A DNA stretch of 64,000 bases from positions 480,001-544,000 of the forward strand of contig CBDFLJ010000001.1 in assembly GCA_965248835.1 (NCBI GenBank). Direction: 5' to 3'. Below, piece after piece: positions 8,836 to 18,252 of the stretch. Position numbers and translations under genes: made by a program. The first letter of the stretch is position 1. Every line of letters begins with the position of its first letter. This DNA comes from Alphaproteobacteria bacterium (GTDB taxonomy: Bacteria; Pseudomonadota; Alphaproteobacteria; MPNO01). The notes below the pieces were generated by a model that made no database searches, had not been told where the DNA came from, and worked only from the letters and a program-made list of their open reading frames with translations.

Positions 8836-10020
8836 TCAGACGCGCGCGCCGGGATCGAGCCCGAGCAACGCCATGCCGGCATGCTCGAAGTTCGATGGCG
8901 CGGCCTGGATCTGCTGGGCCACGGCGTGCATGTCGCGGAACCGCCGCTCGAACGGGTTGCGCCGAAGGATCGCCCCGGCGCCGGCGGCGTGATAGGTGTA
9001 ATCGACCACCTTGCGGGCACGCTCGCTGGCATATGTGCAGGCGATCCTGAGCCGGGCCCGCTGGGCGAGCGAGAGTTCCGCCTCCCGGCAGACGGTGTCC
9101 CACAGCTCGGACATCATCTCGACCAGGAATGCCCGCCCGGCGCCGAGATGGCCCTCGCAGCGGGCGACCTGGAGCTGGACCGCGGCATTGTCCTGCAAGG
9201 TCGTCGCAGTGTAGGAAGGTGTCTTCTCGGCAGCCAGCGCGATAAAGGAATCCAGGCTCGCGCGGCCGATGCCCAGCGCGACCCCGGCAAAGGCCATGCC
9301 GTAGAACGAGGTCTGCGCGATCCGGTGCAGCGGGCCGGGGCCGTGCCGGTCGCGCGCGATGTCGCGGGTGTAGGTGTAGGCCTCGGGCACGAACAGATCC
9401 TCGACCCCATAGTCGTCGCTGCCGGTGCCGCGCAGCCCGATCACGTCCCAGACCGGCATGATCTCGGCGCTGGCCGCGGGAAAGAGCGTCGTCCTGAGGA
9501 CGGGCCGGCCGTCGGCGGTCAGAAGCGGCGCGCCGTCCGGCTCGTAGACCCGAGCATGCCCGCCGAGCCAGGTCGCGTTGCGGATGCCGCTGGCGTAGCT
9601 CCACCTGCCGGTCACCCGCCAGCCGCCCTCGACCGGGACCGCGCGGGAGTGCGCGTTCGGCGGCCCCCAGGCGAGCACCGCATCGGCCGGCCCGAAGATC
9701 TCCCGGGCGATCCCGGGTGCGACGAACCCGGCGGCGAGCGAGCAGCCGAGCGCCTGGCCGAGGCACCAGGCGGTGCTCGCGTCTGCAGCGGCCACCGTCT
9801 GCAGCACGGCGATGATGGTCATCGGCGAGGCTTCCGCGCCGTCGAGTGCGCGCGGCAGGCAGAGCCGGAACAGCCCGACCTCGTGCAGCGCCGCCATCAC
9901 CTCGGTCGCCACCTTGCCCGCATGCTCGGTCCGCTCGGCCGCCGCTGCGATCTTCGGCGACAACGCCGATGCGCGCGCTACCCAATCGTGCCCGGCCCCG
10001 TGCGCGGTACAATCCGCCAT
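8836..10020 (-). CDS. Acyl-CoA dehydrogenase-fold flavin-dependent monooxygenase (HsaA-like)
   Basis: DASTAWC, GWRVTGRWSYASG, WDVIGLRGTGSDD, FERRFRDMH. Confidence 0.85.
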   Translation of the reverse strand: MADCTAHGAGHDWVARASALSPKIAAAAERTEHAGKVATEVMAALHEVGLFRLCLPRALDGAEASPMTIIAVLQTVAAADASTAWCLGQALGCSLAAGFVAPGIAREIFGPADAVLAWGPPNAHSRAVPVEGGWRVTGRWSYASGIRNATWLGGHARVYEPDGAPLLTADGRPVLRTTLFPAASAEIMPVWDVIGLRGTGSDDYGVEDLFVPEAYTYTRDIARDRHGPGPLHRIAQTSFYGMAFAGVALGIGRASLDSFIALAAEKTPSYTATTLQDNAAVQLQVARCEGHLGAGRAFLVEMMSELWDTVCREAELSLAQRARLRIACTYASERARKVVDYTYHAAGAGAILRRNPFERRFRDMHAVAQQIQAAPSNFEHAGMALLGLDPGARV

Positions 10021-10111
10021 CGATCACTCTCCACAGACCGATGCCATCGTAGGATGGCGCAGGCCTTGGGGCTATAGTGTCGGGCCCCGGCAAGAGAGGG
10101 AAGGCGAAGCG

Positions 10112-11101
10112 ATGGACGTGACGGCCTATGCCGCCTCGGTCGGACACTCGACATGGTTCAGCCACGACCGCGGCGAGACTTGGAACCGTGCGCATACGAC
10201 CTCGGGCGGGATCTACAACGAATCGCGCTGCTGGTGCTTGTCGGTCCACCCCGACCGGCCGGGCGAGGTGCTCTCGGGCACCGACCTCGGGGTCTATCGC
10301 TGGGACCAGGCGGCCGCGCGCTGGAACCACATCCCCTCGCCGATGGACGGGCTGCATATCCTGCAGATGGCCCAGGCGCCGCACGATGCCGATATCATCT
10401 TCGTCGGCACCCGGCCGGCGGAGATCTTCCGGACACTCGACGGCGGGGCCACCTGGCAGCGCTGCCGGCTCGGCAACGGCACCGAGTGCTGGTTCATCAA
10501 CACGCCCCGGGTCACCTCGATCCAGTTCGACCCGATCGATCCCAAGACGGTCTGGGTGTCGATCGAGATCGAGGGGATCTTCCGCACCACGGACCTCGGC
10601 GAGACCTGGGAGAAGCGCAACGAGGGGCTGATCTCGGTCGATACCCACAACATGGTCTTCTTCGACGATGCCGACGGCGGGCGCGAGATCCTGTGCTCGA
10701 CCGAGGAGGGGCTGCACAAGAGCACCGACAACGCCGCGCATTGGCGGCATATCGAGGTGCCCCAGGCGCCGTTCGTCTACATGCGCTGCATGGAGCGCCG
10801 GGCCGACGATTCCGAGATCGTCTTCCTGTCGGTCGGCGATCGGCCCTCGGGCGAGACCGGCATGCTGCTCAGGAGCCGCGACCGGGGCGAGAGCTGGGAG
10901 AATGTCGACCTGCCGGGCCACGTCAACAGCACCATCTGGTGGATCGGCACGAACCCGGCCGATCCCGGGCTGATCTTTTGCTGCACGATCATGGGCCAGA
11001 TCTGGCGCTCCACCGACGGCGGGGAGAGCTGGCGGAAGATGCGGCGCGAGCTGGGAGAGCTGCGCATGATCACCTGGCAACCGAGCGTGTCCGGCCGATG
11101 A
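10112..11101 (+). CDS. BNR/Asp-box beta-propeller protein
   Basis: Repeated SxDxGxTW boxes (SHDRGETW, TLDGGATW, TTDLGETW, SRDRGESW, STDGGESW); no signal peptide. Confidence 0.85.
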   Translation: MDVTAYAASVGHSTWFSHDRGETWNRAHTTSGGIYNESRCWCLSVHPDRPGEVLSGTDLGVYRWDQAAARWNHIPSPMDGLHILQMAQAPHDADIIFVGTRPAEIFRTLDGGATWQRCRLGNGTECWFINTPRVTSIQFDPIDPKTVWVSIEIEGIFRTTDLGETWEKRNEGLISVDTHNMVFFDDADGGREILCSTEEGLHKSTDNAAHWRHIEVPQAPFVYMRCMERRADDSEIVFLSVGDRPSGETGMLLRSRDRGESWENVDLPGHVNSTIWWIGTNPADPGLIFCCTIMGQIWRSTDGGESWRKMRRELGELRMITWQPSVSGR

Positions 11102-11697
11102 CGACGAGCTTCGTCTTCCGGCCCCATGTGCACGAGACCGAGATCGTCGCCACCCCCGACCTGCTGATCGACACGCTGGAGGTCGCCCGCGGCAACGCAA
11201 GAAGCCCGGTTCCCGTCGACCGGCTGAGCACGGCGTCCGGGTTCCAGGTGGTCGGGGCCGGAACCGTGGCCGATGCCGCCGTGGCCCTGATCGGCGCCGG
11301 TGGCGGCATGCTGATCGGCGCCGCCTCGGATCATCGGCGCCCCGAAGAGCCATCGGGCGGCCTTGCCTGCGCCAAGCCGGTCTGCCGCGAGGTGTGGCGC
11401 TTTGCCGACATCGCCGATCACGCCGACGCGCTCGTCCTGACCAGTTCGGCCCGGCAGCCGGACGGCACGATGAAAATTCTCCAGCGCGGAGCGGTGGGCG
11501 GGCTGCTGGCGGAAACCGACCTTCCTCTCGGCCGGGCGGTGTTGTGCACGGGGCTCGAATCGAGCGGCGATGCGGGCTCGGATGCATACGAAATCACGCT
11601 CGAGGACCCGATCCTCGGGCGAGCAATCACGCTGCGCTACGGCATTACCGAGCTGGCGGCGGAAAAAGGCGGCGGAGTCCATTCTTCAAATTCATGA
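11098..11697 (+). CDS. DUF2848-family protein (FAH-related fold)
   Basis: IGAASDH, CAKPVCREVWRFADIADHADALVL, LEDPILGRAITLRY; ATGA overlap with upstream gene. Confidence 0.65.
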   Translation: MTTSFVFRPHVHETEIVATPDLLIDTLEVARGNARSPVPVDRLSTASGFQVVGAGTVADAAVALIGAGGGMLIGAASDHRRPEEPSGGLACAKPVCREVWRFADIADHADALVLTSSARQPDGTMKILQRGAVGGLLAETDLPLGRAVLCTGLESSGDAGSDAYEITLEDPILGRAITLRYGITELAAEKGGGVHSSNS

Positions 11698-11800
11698 TGG
11701 TGCCGCAGAAACGGATTCCGAGCCCTTTCCAGCGGGTTCCACCGGGGGAAATCGACTCCGCCCCCTTTGTCGCAACCCCATTTTCCCGCATCCGTCCGGC

Positions 11801-12189
11801 GCGCCCAGGACGGCACGCTGTTTGCCGCGGGTTTCTTCTACGACTTCAATGACCAATCTCGGGCGTTCTCCAAGAAGTTCGACGTCGGCGTCAAAAAGCG
11901 CGGCATCAAGCGGCCGTTCCCGCATCACGTCGATGCCCAGGCATACGACATCGTCTATCTGTTCAAGCAGGCTATGGAAAAGGCCGGCGTGACCGGCGAT
12001 CCGGCAAAGCTCAAGGAAGAGCGCACGGCGGTCCGCGATGCGCTCAAGGGCATCGTTTTCACCGGCATCACCGGCAAGAACGTCTGCTTCGATGCCAACG
12101 GCGGCGCCGAGCTGCCCGGCTATATCATCGAAATGAAAGGCGGCAAGTGGACACTGTTCGACCAGCATCCGGCGGATAAGTGCGGTTGA
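11801..12189 (+). pseudogene. C-terminal fragment of a LivK-type ABC substrate-binding protein
   Basis: DAQAYDIVYLFKQAMEKAG...VRDALKGIVFTGITG..CFDANG; N-terminal two thirds and signal peptide absent. Confidence 0.7.
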
Positions 12190-12277
12190 ACAAATCGCGG
12201 TAACCAGGCGGAACGATTTCCGCACCGACCACGGGTGAGAAAATCTCTCGGCCGGACGATTCCCGCAGCCGGACCGC

Positions 12278-13582
12278 TCAAAGCGCGCAGGTGCGGAATC
12301 CGGCGAACACGTCGCGGCGCTCGGGCCCGAAATAGTTGCGGTAGGTCGGGCTCGCCATCCGCGCACGCGTCGTCCAGGCGCCGCCGCGCAGCACCTTGGT
12401 GTCGCCGAACAGGGGCTCGGAATATTCCCGGTAATCGTCCGGCGAAAAGCCCGGAAAGGGGCCGAACGTGTCCGAGGTCCATTCCCATAGGTTGCCCAGC
12501 ATCTGGCGGCAGCCCCAGAAGCTGTCGCCGTCGGCATGGGCTGCGACATCGACCGGGCCGAGCGCGAAACCGTCGAGATTGGCATGGCGCGGCTTCGGCG
12601 GCTCTTGCCCCCACGGATAGCGCGCCTTGAAAGCGCCGCGGCCGGGCGTCTCTCGCATCGTGGCGGCGAACTCCCACTCGGCCTCGGTCGGCAGCCTGCG
12701 GCCGGCCCAGCGGCACCAGGCGCTGGCCTCGTGCCAGTTGACGTGGATGACCGGCTCGTCCGGCGGCAGGTCGAGCCATTGGTCGAACCGGCGGATCTGC
12801 CAGCCCGCGGCGGAGTCGGGCCGCCAGAACACCGGGTGGCGGGCTCCGGTCTCGGTCCGCCAAAGCCAGCCGTCGGCACCCCAATAGTCCTGCCGCTCAT
12901 AACCGCCGTCGGCGATGAAGGCGGCGAATTCCGCGTTGGTGACCGGGGCGCGGGACATCCGGAAGGACGCGATCCAGGAATCGTGCGCCCACTTTTCGTT
13001 GTCGAACAGGAAATCAGCATCCGGCGGCGAGCCGAGCGGGAACCATCCGCCCGGGATCTCGGCATCGCCCGCGAGGCCGCCGCACACCGGAACGACGGCC
13101 TCGCGCGGCGTGTCCGGGCGCAGCATCGGGGCGTGGTAGCCATGGGTCTGGCGGGCCCACAGAAACGCCTCGTCGTGCATGTCCTCGTGGAAGGTGGTGA
13201 ACTGGTACAAGAAGCTTTCGCGCGGGTCGGCCATGCCCTCGCCCAATCGGCCGATCAGGGTCTCAAGGACCTGGGCCATATAGGCGCGCATCGCATCCAG
13301 CGGATAGATCGGCAGGTCCCAGCGGGTCTCGTGCGCAATCGCGATCGAATCGTAGAGTATATCGCCGCGTTCGAGCAGCGGTTCGTGGTCATAGGCGCGC
13401 CGCAGGATGAAATATTCGTGGAACCAGGCGACATGGCCCACTTCCCACAAGAGCGGGTTGACGGTCGGAAGCTTGGGCCCGATAAGCTGCTCGGCCGAAA
13501 GCCCGTCGAGCATCTCCATCGAGCGCTGGTGCGCGCTCCGCATCATCGCGGCAAGGCGCTCGGTCGGCACGGCGGCGGTCAT
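12278..13582 (-). CDS. senA: Selenoneine synthase SenA (EgtB-like DinB + FGE-sulfatase)
   Basis: [37 protein letters not shown] metal site, [36 protein letters not shown]; adjacent to senB and selD. Confidence 0.88.
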   Translation of the reverse strand: MTAAVPTERLAAMMRSAHQRSMEMLDGLSAEQLIGPKLPTVNPLLWEVGHVAWFHEYFILRRAYDHEPLLERGDILYDSIAIAHETRWDLPIYPLDAMRAYMAQVLETLIGRLGEGMADPRESFLYQFTTFHEDMHDEAFLWARQTHGYHAPMLRPDTPREAVVPVCGGLAGDAEIPGGWFPLGSPPDADFLFDNEKWAHDSWIASFRMSRAPVTNAEFAAFIADGGYERQDYWGADGWLWRTETGARHPVFWRPDSAAGWQIRRFDQWLDLPPDEPVIHVNWHEASAWCRWAGRRLPTEAEWEFAATMRETPGRGAFKARYPWGQEPPKPRHANLDGFALGPVDVAAHADGDSFWGCRQMLGNLWEWTSDTFGPFPGFSPDDYREYSEPLFGDTKVLRGGAWTTRARMASPTYRNYFGPERRDVFAGFRTCAL

Positions 13583-13608
13583 TGGGGGTCCACTGGTATC
13601 GAACGGCC

Positions 13609-14565
13609 GTGAATATTAGCCTCGTCACGCCGGCCGGAAAACGCTCACGTGCGGGAAATCGCACCACCGCGGTGCGCTGGGCGCGGATCCTGCGCAGGCT
13701 CGGACACAGGGTGACGATCGCCGAGGCCGATGCGCGCTGCGACGCCGACATGATGGTCGCGGTTCATGCCTGGCGCAGCGCCGCCTCGATCACCCGCTTC
13801 GCCGAGGCTCGTCCCGACAGGCCGCTGGTGGTGTGCCTGGCCGGGACCGACATCTACCGGTTCCTGCACAGCCACGCGGCGGAGACGCTGGCCTCGATGG
13901 ACCGGGCGAGCGCGCTGGTCTGCCTGCACGGCCTGGTCCACCGGGCGTTGCCGCGGCGATTCCACGACAAGCTGCGGGTCATCCACCAGTCGGCGGCACC
14001 GCTCGCCGGTGCGCGGCGGCCCAGCGTGCGGACCTTCGACGTCTGCGTGATCGGCCATCTGCGCGAAGAGAAGGATTCGCTGCGCAGCGCCTATGCGGCG
14101 CGCCTGGTGCCTGAGGGCTCGCGGCTCAGGATCATCCAGCTCGGCAAGGCGCACGACCAGGGCTGGGCCGACACGGCCGCCCGGGAGATGGCGAGCAACG
14201 AGCGCTTCGTCTGGCAGGGCGAGGTTTCCGGCGCTGCGGTCCGGCGCCAGTTCCAGCGCAGCCACGCGATGGTGATCAGCTCGGTGATGGAAGGCGGCGC
14301 CAACGTGGTCTCCGAGGCGATCGTCGGCGGCGTGCCGGTCATCGCCTCGAACATCGAGGGGAATACCGGCCTGCTCGGCGAAGATTATGCCGGCACCTAT
14401 CCGGTGGGCGATACCGAGGCGCTGGCCGCAATGCTCTGGAAGTCCGAGACCGAGACCCGGTTTCTCGCTCGCTTGCAAGCTCAATGCCGCAAGCGTGCGC
14501 CGTTGTTCCATCCCGACCGCGAGCAAGCGGCGTGGCGGGCGCTGCTGGCGGATCTCGGCGGATAA
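13609..14565 (+). CDS. senB: Selenosugar synthase SenB (TIGR04348-type glycosyltransferase)
   Basis: VTPA...[61 protein letters not shown]; GTG start 13609. Confidence 0.9.
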   Translation: MNISLVTPAGKRSRAGNRTTAVRWARILRRLGHRVTIAEADARCDADMMVAVHAWRSAASITRFAEARPDRPLVVCLAGTDIYRFLHSHAAETLASMDRASALVCLHGLVHRALPRRFHDKLRVIHQSAAPLAGARRPSVRTFDVCVIGHLREEKDSLRSAYAARLVPEGSRLRIIQLGKAHDQGWADTAAREMASNERFVWQGEVSGAAVRRQFQRSHAMVISSVMEGGANVVSEAIVGGVPVIASNIEGNTGLLGEDYAGTYPVGDTEALAAMLWKSETETRFLARLQAQCRKRAPLFHPDREQAAWRALLADLGG

Positions 14566-14569
14566 GACC

Positions 14570-16834
14570 TCACAGGCGGATGGTGATCGGCTCGAGCTGA
14601 TTGCCCTGCGGCAGGACCCGCCCGATCTCCGCCGCCCGGAGGTAGCCGAGCCCGCGCAGCGCGGCTACGCACGCCGCCGCGCGCTCGGACGGCACGCCGG
14701 CCAGCAGCCCGCCCGATGTCTGCGGGTCGAACAGCAGCGGATAGCGCGGATCCTTGCCGGCCTCTTCCAGGTTGGCAATCGCCCGGCGCAGCCGAACGTT
14801 CTGAGGCTGCAGCGAGCTCAATATGCCCGCTCGCACAGTCTCTTCCGCGCCTTCCAGGAACGGGATGTCGCCGAGGTCGAGCTCGACATCGACCGCAGAG
14901 GCCCGGATCATCTCCACCAGGTGGCCGAGGAGGCCGAACCCGGTCACGTCGGTGCACGCATGCGCGTCATGTTGCAGCAGGCATTCGGCGCCGGCCCGGT
15001 TGGACTGGGTCATCGAGTCCAGGGCGGCGGTGATCCAGCGGCCCTTGGACTTGTGACGCATGTCGGCGGCGAACAGCGTCCCGGTGCCGACCGGTTTGGT
15101 CAGCACGATCGTGTCGCCGGGGATCAGCCCGCCCTTGCGCATCACGTTATCGCGGTCGATCAGCCCGTTGATCGAGAACCCGAGCGACAGCTCCGCGCCC
15201 TCGCTGGTGTGCCCGCCGACCAGCGCCGCTCCGGCATCGTCGAGCACCTCCGCCGCGCCTGCCATCATCTGGGTCAGCGTATCCTCGACCTTGGTCTCGA
15301 TCCCGAACGGCACGGTGGCGACGGCGAGCGCGGTCTGCGGCTCGCCGCCCATGGCATAGATGTCGCCCAGGCTGTGGTTGGCGGCAATCTTTCCGAACAC
15401 ATAGGGGTCGTCGATCATCGCCCGGAAGGAATCGATGGTCTGGACGACCGCCTTGCCCGGCGGCACCGCGACGACGGCCGCGTCGTCGGGTTCGTGCAGG
15501 CCGATCAGCACATCCTCGCGCGGCACCGGCTTCAGGCCGCTGATCGCACGGCCCAGGACGGTCGCGCCGACCTTGGCGCCGCAGCCGCCGCAGCGCATGG
15601 CGATCGCCGAGATTTCCTTGACCACATCGGCGCCGGCGAGCCCGGCCGGTACGTCGGGCGCCTCGTCGTCCTCCATCTCGGGCAGGTCGTTGAACTTGTC
15701 CATGAAACGCCGGTCGATCCAGTCCTTCCAGGTCCAGACGGCGCGGCCCTGGAACGCCCACCATCCGCGCGAGGCGACGGCGTACTTGTCTCCGGTCGAG
15801 ATCAGGCTCAGGAACCGCTTTTGCGGCGCGAACGGACGCGGGGCGCGGCCCAGCAGCATGCGCCGCAGGTTGCGCGCCAGGGGCTTTCCCTGGCGGACGG
15901 CGAAGACGCCGGACTTGGGCCGCCAATGGTTGACCATGCTGGCCAGATCGCCGGCCGCGAACACATCGGGGTGCGAGACCGACTGCAGCGTGTCGCGGAC
16001 CTTGACGAAACCCTGTTCATCGACCTCCAGCCCGGCCTCGCCCAGCCATGGCGGAGCGCCGGCCGCGGTCACCCACAGGATCTCGTCGGCCTCGACCGCC
16101 TCGCCCGCCGCGTTGCACAGCCGTCCGGGCCGGACCTCGACCACAGGCGAGCCGCCATGCAGGCCCACGCCGCGGCGCGCAAGGACCTCGCCGAACGCGC
16201 GGATGACCTTCGCGGGATAGGTCGGCAGGATATCGGGCGTGTCGTAGAGCAGGTGATAGGCGATCTCGCCGTTGCGGCCGGCTTCGGCACGCAGCTTCGC
16301 CAGCCGGTACTGGATCGCCAGCAGGATCTCCACGCCCCCGGCACCGGCACCGACCACGGCGATGCTCATCGGCCCGTCGCGGCTCGCCGCCCGCCTCGCC
16401 AGGGCCTCCCAGCGATCGAGAAAGAGGTTGATCGGTTTCACCGGCACCGCTGTCTCGGTGGCACCCCTCACATCGGCGGTGCGCGGCGTCGAGCCGGTGT
16501 TGAGCGACAGCAGATCGAACGGCACCGCCGGCCGGTTGTCGCAAATGACCCGCTTTTGGGACAGGTCGAGCCCGGTGACCTCGCTGTGGAAGAACCTTGC
16601 ATTGGCGAATCGGGCCAGCGCGCCGAGATCGATATGGACGTCATCGAAGCTGTAGTGGCCAGCCACGTAGCCTGGCAGCATCCCCGAATAGGGCGTATGG
16701 ACGTCGCGGCAGATCACCGTCAGCCGGACGCCCGGGATCGGCTTCATCCCGAACCGCCTAAGGACCGCGACGTGGCTGTGCCCGCCGCCGATGAGCACCA
16801 GGTCCTTGATGACCGGGATGTCTGAACGCTTCAT
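14570..16834 (-). CDS. selD: Selenophosphate synthetase SelD (SenC) fused to an N-terminal pyridine nucleotide-disulfide oxidoreductase domain
   Basis: N-term LIGGGHSH, YSGMLPG, VGAGAGGVE, FAAGD; C-term MRCGGCGAKVG, DDAAV, DIYAMGG, GGHT, DVTGFGLLGH, DPQTSGGLL. Confidence 0.95.
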   Translation of the reverse strand: MKRSDIPVIKDLVLIGGGHSHVAVLRRFGMKPIPGVRLTVICRDVHTPYSGMLPGYVAGHYSFDDVHIDLGALARFANARFFHSEVTGLDLSQKRVICDNRPAVPFDLLSLNTGSTPRTADVRGATETAVPVKPINLFLDRWEALARRAASRDGPMSIAVVGAGAGGVEILLAIQYRLAKLRAEAGRNGEIAYHLLYDTPDILPTYPAKVIRAFGEVLARRGVGLHGGSPVVEVRPGRLCNAAGEAVEADEILWVTAAGAPPWLGEAGLEVDEQGFVKVRDTLQSVSHPDVFAAGDLASMVNHWRPKSGVFAVRQGKPLARNLRRMLLGRAPRPFAPQKRFLSLISTGDKYAVASRGWWAFQGRAVWTWKDWIDRRFMDKFNDLPEMEDDEAPDVPAGLAGADVVKEISAIAMRCGGCGAKVGATVLGRAISGLKPVPREDVLIGLHEPDDAAVVAVPPGKAVVQTIDSFRAMIDDPYVFGKIAANHSLGDIYAMGGEPQTALAVATVPFGIETKVEDTLTQMMAGAAEVLDDAGAALVGGHTSEGAELSLGFSINGLIDRDNVMRKGGLIPGDTIVLTKPVGTGTLFAADMRHKSKGRWITAALDSMTQSNRAGAECLLQHDAHACTDVTGFGLLGHLVEMIRASAVDVELDLGDIPFLEGAEETVRAGILSSLQPQNVRLRRAIANLEEAGKDPRYPLLFDPQTSGGLLAGVPSERAAACVAALRGLGYLRAAEIGRVLPQGNQLEPITIRL

Positions 16835-16977
16835 CGCCTCTCCCGGCTGGCCTTCTGGACGGCCAGCGACGATGGATATGCGCGGCTTACCGACAAAAAG
16901 GCAACAGGCGCGGTAAGCGCAGCGATGCCGCGGCGGTTGGAATCGATTCGTTTTGCCAGTCTTGCGGCGTCCGGCCG

Positions 16978-17526
16978 CTACGCGCGCCCGCGCCCGGTCC
17001 AGGGGGTGTGATAGTTCTGCTCGTCATGCTCGATGGTGTTGATGAAGCCGAGTGCTACGGGCCGACCGGCCGCCAGCTCCTCGACCAGGCCGATCAGGTC
17101 GACGCGGCGGCAGAACCGGCGATAGCCGGCCGCCTCATAGGCGGGCCGCTCGGGCAGCGATGTCCCGTAGACGATCACGCCGGAGCCGGGGCGCAGCGCC
17201 TCGGGCACCGAAAGGGCCAAGGGCAGACCCTGGCCGGCGTTATTGCCGAGCGCGAGGAGATCGATGCCCCGGTCCAGTGCCGCCAGCGAGGCGATCAGCA
17301 GGTCCGGCGAGACCCGGTCCCAGTTGCGCTCCTCCCGGTCGGCCTCGGCCGGGGTCAACCGGCCGGGGTAGCCGGCACCGACGCGGTAGACTCCATCGGC
17401 GGCGGTCAGCCGCGCCCAGGGCAAAGGCGGGTCGGCGACGAAAGCGTCGACCGTGACCTCGTTGTCGAGGATCAGCACTCGAAACCGATCGGGAAAGGTT
17501 CGTCGAAGCGCGCGGCCCAGGCTCAT
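16978..17526 (-). CDS. Hypothetical protein (182 aa)
   Basis: Coding-like codon bias; ATG 2 bp after the upstream stop; motif-like LGNNAGQG and FINTIEHDEQNYH; family not recognised. Confidence 0.7.
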   Translation of the reverse strand: MSLGRALRRTFPDRFRVLILDNEVTVDAFVADPPLPWARLTAADGVYRVGAGYPGRLTPAEADREERNWDRVSPDLLIASLAALDRGIDLLALGNNAGQGLPLALSVPEALRPGSGVIVYGTSLPERPAYEAAGYRRFCRRVDLIGLVEELAAGRPVALGFINTIEHDEQNYHTPWTGRGRA

Positions 17527-17528
17527 CG

Positions 17529-18230
17529 CTACGCCGCGGCGGCCGAGCCGGCCTCGGGCGCCAGCAGCTCGTCGATGCATTCATCGACCGTGCGCACGTC
17601 GCCGAAGCTCTGCCAAATGGTGGTCAGCCCGACCAGGTGGTCTTCGTCGTAGCGCGCGGCGTTGGCGTCCGATGCCATCACCACCCGATAGCCGATCATC
17701 ATCGCATCGCGCGCGCTGGTCTCGCAGCAGAAATTGGTCGCCGTGCCGGCGATGATCATGTTCTCGATGCCGCGCGCGGCGAGCCGTTCGTGCAGGTCGG
17801 AAGAGCCCTGGATGAAGGTGCTGAACCGCGACTTGCGAGCGATCAGGTCTTCGGCGCGAACCTCGAGCGCGTCGTAGAGCCTGTGGCCTTCGCTGCCTTC
17901 GGACAGGCCGTCCTTGTGGGCCTTCATCTTCTCCGGAGTGAAGAAGTAATCGTGATAGATCGGCCACTTGCTTTCACCGCCCGGCTCGTCGGCCACCGTC
18001 AGCAGCACCCAGGCGACCACGCCGCCGCGCGCCCGCACCGCATCGGCCAGCCGGTTTATGTTGGGGCAGATGCTGCGCGCGGTCTCGACCTCGGCGACGA
18101 AGAAGTTCTGCATGTCGATGACCACCAGCGCCGTCTTGGCCGGATCGAAGCGGTCGAAGACGTTGAGCTTGCCGCGCTTGGCGATAATCCGTTCGATCAC
18201 ATAGTCGGGAATCTTCAGATCGTGCGGCAT
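17529..18230 (-). CDS. Isochorismatase-family cysteine hydrolase
   Basis: TALVVIDMQNFF, KSRFSTF, GTATNFCCETSARDA (Asp-Lys-Cys triad). Confidence 0.9.
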   Translation of the reverse strand: MPHDLKIPDYVIERIIAKRGKLNVFDRFDPAKTALVVIDMQNFFVAEVETARSICPNINRLADAVRARGGVVAWVLLTVADEPGGESKWPIYHDYFFTPEKMKAHKDGLSEGSEGHRLYDALEVRAEDLIARKSRFSTFIQGSSDLHERLAARGIENMIIAGTATNFCCETSARDAMMIGYRVVMASDANAARYDEDHLVGLTTIWQSFGDVRTVDECIDELLAPEAGSAAAA

Positions 18231-18252
18231 CGGCGATGTCCTCGCTTGTGGT

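Noticed and set aside
8420-11587. 1055-aa minus-strand ORF, and similar long ORFs at 1851-3710, 14387-16825, 20813-23608, 32902-36171
   Set aside because: Arg/Pro/Gly-rich shadow frames over well-supported genes, expected at high GC; no motifs.
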